NCBI GenBank assembly: GCA_021813945.1
Contig: JAKAJD010000002.1
Coordinates: 241,719-305,718 of the forward strand
Direction of reading: 5' to 3'
DNA from: a bacterium
GTDB lineage: Bacteria; Patescibacteriota; Microgenomatia; Curtissbacterales; GWA2-41-24
Length of the DNA stretch: 64,000 bases
In this document: piece by piece, positions 56,470 through 64,000 of the stretch
Layout: the number at the start of each line of letters is the position of its first letter
Numbering within the stretch: position 1 is the stretch's first letter
The notes under the pieces: generated by a model
Seen by the model: only the letters and a program-made list of their open reading frames with translations
What the model was told of the DNA's origin: nothing
The model's database searches: none
Program-made: the position numbers and the translations under genes

Positions 56470-57089
56470 ATAAACAGACATTAATCGTAATATTGGCGAT
56501 TTTAAGTTTTATATTAATTGTTGTTGGCGTTTCTGTCCTCCTTGCAAAAAATCAAGGCCAGCAGAGCGCAAATTCTCAAGAACATCATATGGGACAAACA
56601 CAAGAGTCCGCAGAAAAACTGAACGCATTAGTTGGAAAACCTGCACCGGATTTTACTTTGTATAGCTACGATAACAAGAAAGTGAGCCTTTCTGGCTATA
56701 AGGGCAAAAAGGTTGTCCTGTTTTTTACGGAAGGTGTGATGTGTTATCCGGCTTGCTGGAATCAAATAGTTGCTTTTGGCAAAGACAACATATTTAAAAA
56801 AGACGATACGGTTGTCTTAACAATTGTCGTAGACACCAAAAGCGAATGGGACAGGGCAGTTAAAAAGATGCCGGAGCTTTTGTCATCAGTAGTGCTTTTC
56901 GACGCCTCAAAAAGCGTTTCCGAACAGTACGGCGTCCTTGCCCTTGCATCATCGATGCACAAAGGACAATTTCCAGGACACACTTACCTCGTTCTGGATA
57001 AAGACGGAATTGTCAGGTATGTCTACGATGATCCGGCCATGGCAGTCAGGAATAGCGAGCTAAAAACGGAACTTGAGAAGCTAAATTAA
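56466..57089 (+). CDS. thioredoxin-fold (redoxin/TlpA-like) membrane-anchored protein
   Basis: N-terminal TM; PAPDFTL...VVLFFTEGVMCYPAC region. Confidence 0.6.
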   Translation: MNKQTLIVILAILSFILIVVGVSVLLAKNQGQQSANSQEHHMGQTQESAEKLNALVGKPAPDFTLYSYDNKKVSLSGYKGKKVVLFFTEGVMCYPACWNQIVAFGKDNIFKKDDTVVLTIVVDTKSEWDRAVKKMPELLSSVVLFDASKSVSEQYGVLALASSMHKGQFPGHTYLVLDKDGIVRYVYDDPAMAVRNSELKTELEKLN

Positions 57090-57544
57090 TAATCTACTGC
57101 AAATGGCTCGCCTAGGCCACTAAATTCGTTTATTGTAAGCTGATGTTTCCAAAATGGAGGATTTCCAAACTCAGCTTGTCCATTACTTTGAAAATATCCG
57201 CAGACCCTGGCAGAAACAGCTTTTGTAACCGAATTCGAAGTATTAAAGATAAAACTTTGGCCGGTCTTGTTAACAAGCCATGCTGAACCCTCAAATCTGT
57301 CCCCTGAAACACCAGTTTTTATGAAGGCAACATTGTTCCCTTCAATTACATAACCCTTCGTACATATGCGCCTGCCATCATATAGCTTCGAAAAACTAAT
57401 TAAATTAACAAGCACCACATTCTCAAAACCGCGTTTGCCTAAAAATGTACCGTACCTTTGCCAATTTAAAAGTCCGTATGCCACAATTATACATATGGCT
57501 ATTAATATAATAAGAATGGAGGTAAGCTTCATTGGCAATATCAA
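57086..57544 (-). CDS. secreted/membrane-anchored hypothetical protein
   Basis: 152 aa, N-terminal TM helix. Confidence 0.4.
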   Translation of the reverse strand: MILPMKLTSILIILIAICIIVAYGLLNWQRYGTFLGKRGFENVVLVNLISFSKLYDGRRICTKGYVIEGNNVAFIKTGVSGDRFEGSAWLVNKTGQSFIFNTSNSVTKAVSARVCGYFQSNGQAEFGNPPFWKHQLTINEFSGLGEPFAVDY

Positions 57545-58188
57545 AATTCCTAACTAAATATGACCCAATTCTCATTATAGTACTTATTCCTGTTGCTATT
57601 ATTGCATCAAACGTAACTATTTTGGCAACAAATTTCAATTTTTACACCAAAATTTATCAGGACAAAAATATTTATGACAATTTTTCAAATAAAAAGGTTC
57701 TAGAGGATGGGACACACAATCTCTTAGGGTATTTTAGAGGCAAAAATCTACTCGATCAAAATTTTTATTCAAGTCAAGCTACTAGACATTTGAAAGACGT
57801 AAAAAATTTACTCAACATTACAAAACTTGCAAGTTTTGTGCTTTTAATCTCAATCTTTCTTCTTTCTTTCTCTCTTTATTTAAAAAAGGCTTACAAAGCC
57901 TTAATCAGTTCATGGGTCAAAGGCGCACTTCTAACATTAATTTTTGTAGCTGTAATTTGCAGTCTTTTACTTTTAGATTTTCAAAAGTTGTTTTTCGATT
58001 TTCATTTAATCTTTTTTAGAAATAATGATTGGCTATTTGAACCAACAGACAATTTAGTAAAAATGTTCCCGCAGGAATTTTTTACGTCTTTTGCGCTTTA
58101 TCTTGCGGGCAATATAATAGCTACAACACTTTTTATTGCAATCTTCGCTCAGATTATAAAAAACATAAATGATAAGTCCGACAATTAA
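57532..58188 (+). CDS. integral membrane protein, hypothetical
   Basis: 218 aa, 4 TM helices. Confidence 0.4.
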   Translation: MAISKFLTKYDPILIIVLIPVAIIASNVTILATNFNFYTKIYQDKNIYDNFSNKKVLEDGTHNLLGYFRGKNLLDQNFYSSQATRHLKDVKNLLNITKLASFVLLISIFLLSFSLYLKKAYKALISSWVKGALLTLIFVAVICSLLLLDFQKLFFDFHLIFFRNNDWLFEPTDNLVKMFPQEFFTSFALYLAGNIIATTLFIAIFAQIIKNINDKSDN

Positions 58189-58927
58189 TATTGGCCCATT
58201 AACAATTCACTACTATGGAATAATTATTGCTTCAGCAACCTTCATCGGCTGGGCGCTTGCCAAATCAAGAGCGCCAAGATACAAAATCCCACAAGAAATT
58301 TTCGACGAACCGCAAATTTTGCTGGTGATAGGCCTCGCACTTGTCGGGGCAAGGATTTATCACGTTTTAGATTACTGGAAGTATTACATTCCAAATCCCA
58401 TATCTATTTTTTATATTACAAACGGTGGAATTGGCATATGGGGTGCACTTTTCGGAGGTCTTATTGGCCTATATCTCTTCACAAAACTTAAAAAGATTCC
58501 ACTTTTGGCTGCTCTCGATTTAATATCACCGTCACTAATCTTGGCCCAGGCAATCGGAAGGTTTGGAAATTATATAAACCAAGAAGGCTTCGGCCTCCCA
58601 ACCGACTTGCCCTGGGGCGTTTACATCGATCCTTCAAAGCGTCCATTGGGGTATCTTACTTATTCTCATTTTCAACCGACTTTTTTTTATGAAGCAGCTC
58701 TTGATTTTCTTATCTTTGCAATCCTAATTTACTTTTCCAGACGAACAAAAGCTCCAGGCAGAATATTCGCATTTTATCTTATCTTTTATTCATCTAGCCG
58801 ATTTTTTATCGAGTTTTTAAGAATAGATACTTGGACTGTTGGGACAGTCAAAATCGCCCAGGTAATTGCAATTTTAACTTTCTTTTTCGGTCTTAATTTA
58901 CTATTAAACCCAAAAAAGAGTTCTTGA
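58169..58927 (+). CDS. lgt: prolipoprotein diacylglyceryl transferase
   Basis: GARIYHV, GRFGNYINQE, FFYEAALDF signature segments. Confidence 0.85.
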   Translation: MISPTINIGPLTIHYYGIIIASATFIGWALAKSRAPRYKIPQEIFDEPQILLVIGLALVGARIYHVLDYWKYYIPNPISIFYITNGGIGIWGALFGGLIGLYLFTKLKKIPLLAALDLISPSLILAQAIGRFGNYINQEGFGLPTDLPWGVYIDPSKRPLGYLTYSHFQPTFFYEAALDFLIFAILIYFSRRTKAPGRIFAFYLIFYSSSRFFIEFLRIDTWTVGTVKIAQVIAILTFFFGLNLLLNPKKSS

Positions 58928-58933
58928 CATAAA

Positions 58934-58961
58934 TTAGCACTCATGGTATCCTGTCTGCTAA
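58934..58961. promoter_or_regulatory. CIRCE-like inverted repeat TTAGCACTC-N10-GTCTGCTAA upstream of lon
   Basis: Left half matches the CIRCE consensus 9/9 and the right half 7/9. Lies between a TTGACA box and a TATAAT box. Confidence 0.45.
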
Positions 58962-59009
58962 ACCCCAATAAGGTATAATGTAAGTTCCAAAGAAAGGACG
59001 GCGATATTC

Positions 59010-61415
59010 TTGGACCAACAAAAACCAAGACTTAGAAACGAAATACCAATAGTACCCCTAAGAGACACAGTTGTCTTCCCGTCGTCTATGGTTCCAATCA
59101 CAGTTGGCAGACCTAAGGTTAAATTAGGCTTAGATAGTGCTTGGGCTAACGACAGATTGGCCGTTTTTGTTGCTCAAAAAAATCCCAGAATTGAAAACCC
59201 CGCACCGAATGATATCTACTCAGTTGGCACCGTAGGCCTTATAAGAAGACTCTGGAAAGTAGACAGCGAATATAACCTTGCCGTAGAAGGCTTAACTCGT
59301 GTTTATCTTAAGGAATTTAGTCAAATTGACCCATATGTTGCCGTAAAGGTTGAAGAAATACCTGAACTTTCTCAAAAAACTGAAGAGACAGAAGCTTTGT
59401 TTAGAAACACTCTCGCCAAAATTAAAAGGTACGGTGAATTGGGAGGAGTTCTAACTCTAGAATCCTCGATTCACATTTTCTCAACAGATGATCCAAACCA
59501 ATTGGTCAACATCGTCGCTGCTTCAATTGATCTAAAAACAAGCGACAAGCAGCAAATTTTGGAAATGGTTGATACAAAAGCCAGACTTCAAAGGCTCTCG
59601 GAACTTTTAACCCGTGAAATCAGAATATTGGAAATTTCATCCAAAATCGATACAGAAACACAGGAGCGAGTCGGCAAAGTTACAAAAGAAGCGATATTAC
59701 GCGAGAAGATGAAATCTATCGAAAAAGAGCTAGGGGAAGATGAAGACACCAGAGAAATTGCCGAGTTCAGAAAAAAAATTAGGGAAGCCGGCATGCCGGA
59801 CGATGTCAGAGAAAAAGCAGACAGGGAACTTTCCCGCCTTGCAAAGATGTCCTCATACAACCCGGAATCATCTTACATAAGAACCTATCTAGAGTGGCTG
59901 GTTGATCTCCCTTGGAAAATAAAAGACCACAAAAAGGCCGATGTAGAATTCGCAGCCAAAGTCTTAGATGAAGATCATTACGGCCTACCAAAAGTTAAAG
60001 AACGAATTCTTGAATATCTAGCTGTCCATAAATTAGTAGGTAAAATCCGCGGTCCGATACTTTGCTTCTACGGTCCGCCCGGTGTTGGTAAAACTTCAAT
60101 TGGCAAATCCATTGCTCGCGCGCTAGACCGCAAATTTATAAGAGTTTCTCTAGGCGGCATCCACGACGAAGCTGAAATCCGTGGACACAGAAGAACTTAT
60201 GTCGGTGCTCTTCCGGGCAGGATTATCCAAGGCATCAAAAACGCCAGCACAAAAAATCCGGTATTTATGCTTGACGAAATAGATAAAATCGGTACAGACT
60301 TCCGCGGAGATCCGTCATCCGCACTTCTTGAAGCGCTCGATCCGGAACAAAATAATCAATTTTCCGATCATTACCTTGAGGTGCCCTACGATCTTTCAGA
60401 TGTGATGTTTATTACAACTGCAAACGTTTTGGACACAATTCCTCCGGCCCTTCGTGACCGACTCGAGATAATTAATTTTGCAGGCTACACCGAAGAGGAA
60501 AAATTCCATATCGCCAAGAGATTTCTTGTCCCCAAACAAGTTGAAGCACACGGACTAAGTTCAAAAAATGTGGAAATTTCAGACGCAGCACTCCGGGAGA
60601 TAATAGCCAAATATACGCGAGAAGCCGGTGTGCGAGAACTCGAGCGAGAAATTGCAGCTGTCCTTAGAAAAGTAGCCAAAAAAGTTGCCGCCAAAGCAAA
60701 AGAGAAGAAGATAAAAATCAGCCCCAAAATGCTGCGCTCCTATCTGGGTGCACAGAAATTTTCTAAAGCAATTGCAGAAACCAAAGATGAAATCGGAATG
60801 TCCACAGGCCTTGCGGTAACAGGAGCAGGAGGCGAAATTCTATTTATAGAAGTCACGTTAATGCCCGGAAAAGGTCAGCTAATTCTCACTGGGCAGCTCG
60901 GCGAAGTTATGAAAGAATCGGCACAGGCCGCCCTTTCTTACGTCAAGTCGCGTGCAAAAATACTTGGACTACCGGAAAACTTTGCTCAAAAGACAGACAT
61001 TCATATACACGTTCCGGAAGGTGCAGTTCCCAAAGATGGCCCATCCGCAGGTATAGCAATAACAACGGCGCTTGTTTCTGCAATCACTAAAATTCCGGCC
61101 CGAAAAGAAGTCGGTATGACCGGGGAAGTTACGCTCCGAGGACGGGTACTAGAAATTGGTGGCCTAAAAGAAAAAGTTCTGGCAGCTCATAGGGCGGGTT
61201 TAACAACAATCATTTGTCCAAAAGCCAACGCCAAAGATTTAGATGAAATTCCCAAAAATGTTAGGCGCGATCTGCAGTTCATTTTTGCAGAACACATGGA
61301 TGAAGTATTAAAGGTTGCTTTAACACGGGCACTTCCAAAAGAAAAATCATCTGAAAAAACTGCAAAGGAAAAGAAATCTTCCCAAGAATTTCCGGTTTCT
61401 CAGCCGGCAGTTTAA
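59010..61415 (+). CDS. lon: ATP-dependent protease Lon
   Basis: LON N-domain, Walker [10 protein letters not shown], proteolytic DGPSAGIA Ser-Lys dyad region; TTG start. Confidence 0.9.
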   Translation: MDQQKPRLRNEIPIVPLRDTVVFPSSMVPITVGRPKVKLGLDSAWANDRLAVFVAQKNPRIENPAPNDIYSVGTVGLIRRLWKVDSEYNLAVEGLTRVYLKEFSQIDPYVAVKVEEIPELSQKTEETEALFRNTLAKIKRYGELGGVLTLESSIHIFSTDDPNQLVNIVAASIDLKTSDKQQILEMVDTKARLQRLSELLTREIRILEISSKIDTETQERVGKVTKEAILREKMKSIEKELGEDEDTREIAEFRKKIREAGMPDDVREKADRELSRLAKMSSYNPESSYIRTYLEWLVDLPWKIKDHKKADVEFAAKVLDEDHYGLPKVKERILEYLAVHKLVGKIRGPILCFYGPPGVGKTSIGKSIARALDRKFIRVSLGGIHDEAEIRGHRRTYVGALPGRIIQGIKNASTKNPVFMLDEIDKIGTDFRGDPSSALLEALDPEQNNQFSDHYLEVPYDLSDVMFITTANVLDTIPPALRDRLEIINFAGYTEEEKFHIAKRFLVPKQVEAHGLSSKNVEISDAALREIIAKYTREAGVRELEREIAAVLRKVAKKVAAKAKEKKIKISPKMLRSYLGAQKFSKAIAETKDEIGMSTGLAVTGAGGEILFIEVTLMPGKGQLILTGQLGEVMKESAQAALSYVKSRAKILGLPENFAQKTDIHIHVPEGAVPKDGPSAGIAITTALVSAITKIPARKEVGMTGEVTLRGRVLEIGGLKEKVLAAHRAGLTTIICPKANAKDLDEIPKNVRRDLQFIFAEHMDEVLKVALTRALPKEKSSEKTAKEKKSSQEFPVSQPAV

Positions 61416-61464
61416 AGACTGTTGCAAATTCCTAAAAAAGTTTGTATGATTTCCAACTGTTACT

Positions 61465-63480
61465 GTGAACATTGCAAATCTTAATCCAGAACTGGCCCTG
61501 CCGTTTGCACTTGCTGCTTCCGTCGCGGCCATTTTATACGGTGTAATAACCTCTTTTAGGATTATTTCTCTCGACTCTGGTACGCCAAAAATGCGCAAAA
61601 TTGCAGACGCAATTGCAGAAGGCGCATCGGCTTATCTCACTCGTCAGTATTCCGTAATTACTGCAGTAGCGGTAGTAATCTTTGCAGCCATCACATATTT
61701 CATTTCACTGCAAACTGCAATCGGTTTTGCCATAGGAGCAATAGCATCCGGCGCATCCGGCTTTATCGGCATGAATATATCTGTTCGGGCAAACGTAAGA
61801 ACTACAGAAGCTGCCAGATCTGGTCTTGCAAAAGCTCTTTCAGTAGCGTTTTCCGGTGGATCCGTAACAGGTATGTTAGTCGTCGGCTTAGCTCTTCTTT
61901 CTGTCGCCGGTTATTACGGCGCAACAGGAGATGTACAAGGTTTAGTGGGACTCGGATTCGGAGGATCGTTAATTTCAATCTTCGCAAGGCTCGGCGGTGG
62001 TATTTATACAAAAGGCGCAGACGTAGGGGCGGATTTAGTAGGCAAAGCGGAGGCCGGAATTCCAGAAGACGACCCTAGAAACCCTGCAGTTATTGCCGAT
62101 AACGTTGGCGACAACGTTGGTGACTGTGCCGGTATGGCAGCGGATCTGTTTGAAACTTACGCTGTCACTATGGTTGCCGCAATGCTTTTAGGGTCCTTAA
62201 TCTTTCCAAATTCTTTAAGCGCGATTCTTTATCCGATTGCCCTTGGTGGCGTTGCAGTTATTGCATCAATTATTGCTAATTTCTTCGTAAAATTACCCAA
62301 AAATAAAAGTATAATGGGCGCTCTTTACGTAGGCTTAATTGTGGCAGCAGCTCTTGCTGCCCTTGGATTTTATCCTGCAACAGTTATTATGATGAATGCG
62401 AACGGCCTTTATAATCCAATTAATCTTTACTTTGCATCTTTAATAGGCATACTCGTCACTATCTTTATAGTTCTTATAACAGAATATTACACTGCAACAA
62501 AGTTTGGTCCTGTAAAAGGCATTGCCAAAGCTTCAACTACCGGCCACGCCACAAACATAATTGCCGGTCTTGCAACTGGGATGAGATCAACCTTTTGGCC
62601 GATTGTTGTTATTTGTGGTGGAATTTTGGCAGCATTTTCTCTTGCCGGTCTCTACGGTATTGCAGTTGCCGCCGTTTCTCTTCTTTCCTTAACCGGAATA
62701 GTTGTAGCGATCGATGCGTATGGACCAATAACAGATAACGCGGGTGGAATTGCTGAAATGGCCAATTTGCCGAAAGAAATTCGCGACGTCACAGACCCTC
62801 TGGATGCAGTTGGCAACACCACAAAAGCAGTCACTAAAGGTTATGCCATAGCCTCGGCAGCTCTAGCCGCACTCGTTCTTTTTGCGGCCTATTCTCAAGA
62901 GCTTGTCTCCAAAGGAGTATCAGTTGAATTCTCCCTGGCAGACCCCAAAGTTTTAATAGGCTTATTTATTGGGGCCTCATTACCATTTCTTTTTGCCTCC
63001 TTTGCTTTGGAAGCTGTTCAGGCAGCAGGAGGAGCAGTAGTTGAGGAAGTCAGAAGGCAGTTCAAAGAAATCCCGGGTATCCTGCAGGGAAAAAGTAAAC
63101 CGCAGTACGACAAAGCAGTAGATATTGTTACCAAAAAGGCGCTTAAACTTATGATCGCACCCGCCCTAATTCCGGTTATTGCGCCGCTTGTAGTTGGGAT
63201 TGGTCTTGGTCCAAAATCTTTAGGCGGACTTTTAATAGGAGCTGTTATCTCCGGTGTTTTTGTTGCGATTTCCATGACAACCGGCGGGGCAGCGTGGGAC
63301 AACGCCAAAAAATACATAGAAACAGGGGAATTTGGCGGTAAAGGTTCTGATGCTCACAAAGCAGCAGTTACCGGTGATACAGTAGGGGATCCATATAAAG
63401 ATACGGCTGGACCTGCAATAAATCCCATGATAAAGATTATAAATATCGTAGCCCTTTTGCTAATTCCATTCTTAATCTGA
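61465..63480 (+). CDS. hppA: membrane-bound proton- or sodium-translocating pyrophosphatase
   Basis: [17 protein letters not shown] and [19 protein letters not shown] signature motifs; GTG start. Confidence 0.9.
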   Translation: MNIANLNPELALPFALAASVAAILYGVITSFRIISLDSGTPKMRKIADAIAEGASAYLTRQYSVITAVAVVIFAAITYFISLQTAIGFAIGAIASGASGFIGMNISVRANVRTTEAARSGLAKALSVAFSGGSVTGMLVVGLALLSVAGYYGATGDVQGLVGLGFGGSLISIFARLGGGIYTKGADVGADLVGKAEAGIPEDDPRNPAVIADNVGDNVGDCAGMAADLFETYAVTMVAAMLLGSLIFPNSLSAILYPIALGGVAVIASIIANFFVKLPKNKSIMGALYVGLIVAAALAALGFYPATVIMMNANGLYNPINLYFASLIGILVTIFIVLITEYYTATKFGPVKGIAKASTTGHATNIIAGLATGMRSTFWPIVVICGGILAAFSLAGLYGIAVAAVSLLSLTGIVVAIDAYGPITDNAGGIAEMANLPKEIRDVTDPLDAVGNTTKAVTKGYAIASAALAALVLFAAYSQELVSKGVSVEFSLADPKVLIGLFIGASLPFLFASFALEAVQAAGGAVVEEVRRQFKEIPGILQGKSKPQYDKAVDIVTKKALKLMIAPALIPVIAPLVVGIGLGPKSLGGLLIGAVISGVFVAISMTTGGAAWDNAKKYIETGEFGGKGSDAHKAAVTGDTVGDPYKDTAGPAINPMIKIINIVALLLIPFLI

Positions 63481-63492
63481 TTCACACGAAAA

Positions 63493-63903
63493 TTAATATA
63501 TAATCCTGCGGGGCGTATAAGTGGAAGTTGCTTCAGTTGGTGTAGGCTCAGGACTTGGTTCGTTAGTCACACTAGCGCCATTAGTTGCTTCTACCGCTTT
63601 TGTAATTTCAAATCTATTTTTTACACCCTGATCAATACTGTCAATTTCAAGGACCAAATTCTTAAAGGAACCTACTGCTTTCGAAAAATTCTCATCGAAA
63701 TCTTTATTGCCTTGAGGCCGCATATCATAAATTGCAAAAAGTAGTTTCTCTTGAACTCTTAAATCATCTGCCATTCTAGAAACCGTTGGCTCGACAGCTT
63801 GATTTTGAGATCTGGATTTTTCTATTTGCGAAATTACGTTTTGATTTCGATTGGCGTACCTTTTTAAATTGGAATTTGCTCTTTTTTCATCACCCTTTTT
63901 CAA
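63493..63903 (-). CDS. hypothetical protein (136 aa)
   Basis: ORF convergent with hppA; no motifs. Confidence 0.35.
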   Translation of the reverse strand: MKKGDEKRANSNLKRYANRNQNVISQIEKSRSQNQAVEPTVSRMADDLRVQEKLLFAIYDMRPQGNKDFDENFSKAVGSFKNLVLEIDSIDQGVKNRFEITKAVEATNGASVTNEPSPEPTPTEATSTYTPRRIIY

Positions 63904-64000
63904 AAGTAGATAAGTTTCTTTTAGCCTTTTTCCGGAAACCGCAAAATCAAACTTAGATCTCTCAACTGCTGAAGGCTGAAAAAATCTACTTACCGCTTCT

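Overview
This 64-kb window is an AT-rich, densely packed chromosomal segment with short genes, from a streamlined bacterium. The gene content would fit a CPR/Patescibacteria-like or similarly reduced lineage, but the taxon cannot be fixed from the sequence alone. Most of the window is housekeeping.

Identified housekeeping genes:
- Three aminoacyl-tRNA synthetases: aspS, gltX and cysS.
- A CCA-adding enzyme, recJ, and one tRNA-Gln(CUG).
- A complete DapL-route lysine operon, dapL-lysA-lysC-dapB-dapA-asd.
- Riboflavin genes: ribH, a flavokinase and ribE.
- A split transketolase, a glycerate-kinase-like gene, 5-formyl-THF cyclo-ligase and a SufT-like protein.
- nrdR and a class II (B12-dependent) ribonucleotide reductase, with a PduO-type cobalamin adenosyltransferase nearby.
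- A copper-homeostasis island: csoR, small peptides, copA, a YHS protein, a DsbD/CcdA-like protein and a thioredoxin-like protein.
- lgt, lon, an H+-pyrophosphatase, TspO, DgkA, a ZIP transporter, PAP2, two SDRs and several hydrolases.

Features that stand out:
- A 13-bp palindrome, AAGGCC-W-GGCCTT, recurs in pairs about 33 bp apart. It lies in-frame inside the cca and cysS coding sequences and in arrays upstream of aspS and gltX, which resembles RPE/MITE-like miniature elements.
- Many genes appear to be leaderless, with a TAnAAT -10 box 6-8 nt before the start codon.
- A Crp/Fnr-family regulator is flanked by GTTCC-N4-GGAAC palindromes centred near -41.5 of two promoters.
- A CIRCE-like element precedes lon, and an NrdR box precedes nrdR-nrdJ.
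- A Thr/Pro-repeat surface protein carries an LPNAG sorting signal.
- Several patches that look GC-richer by eye hold uncharacterised proteins: a 498-aa protein with weak carboxylate-amine-ligase-like motifs, a 240-aa protein with an HExxH motif, and a small disordered protein.

No CRISPR array, integrase, transposase or obvious defence operon was recognised.
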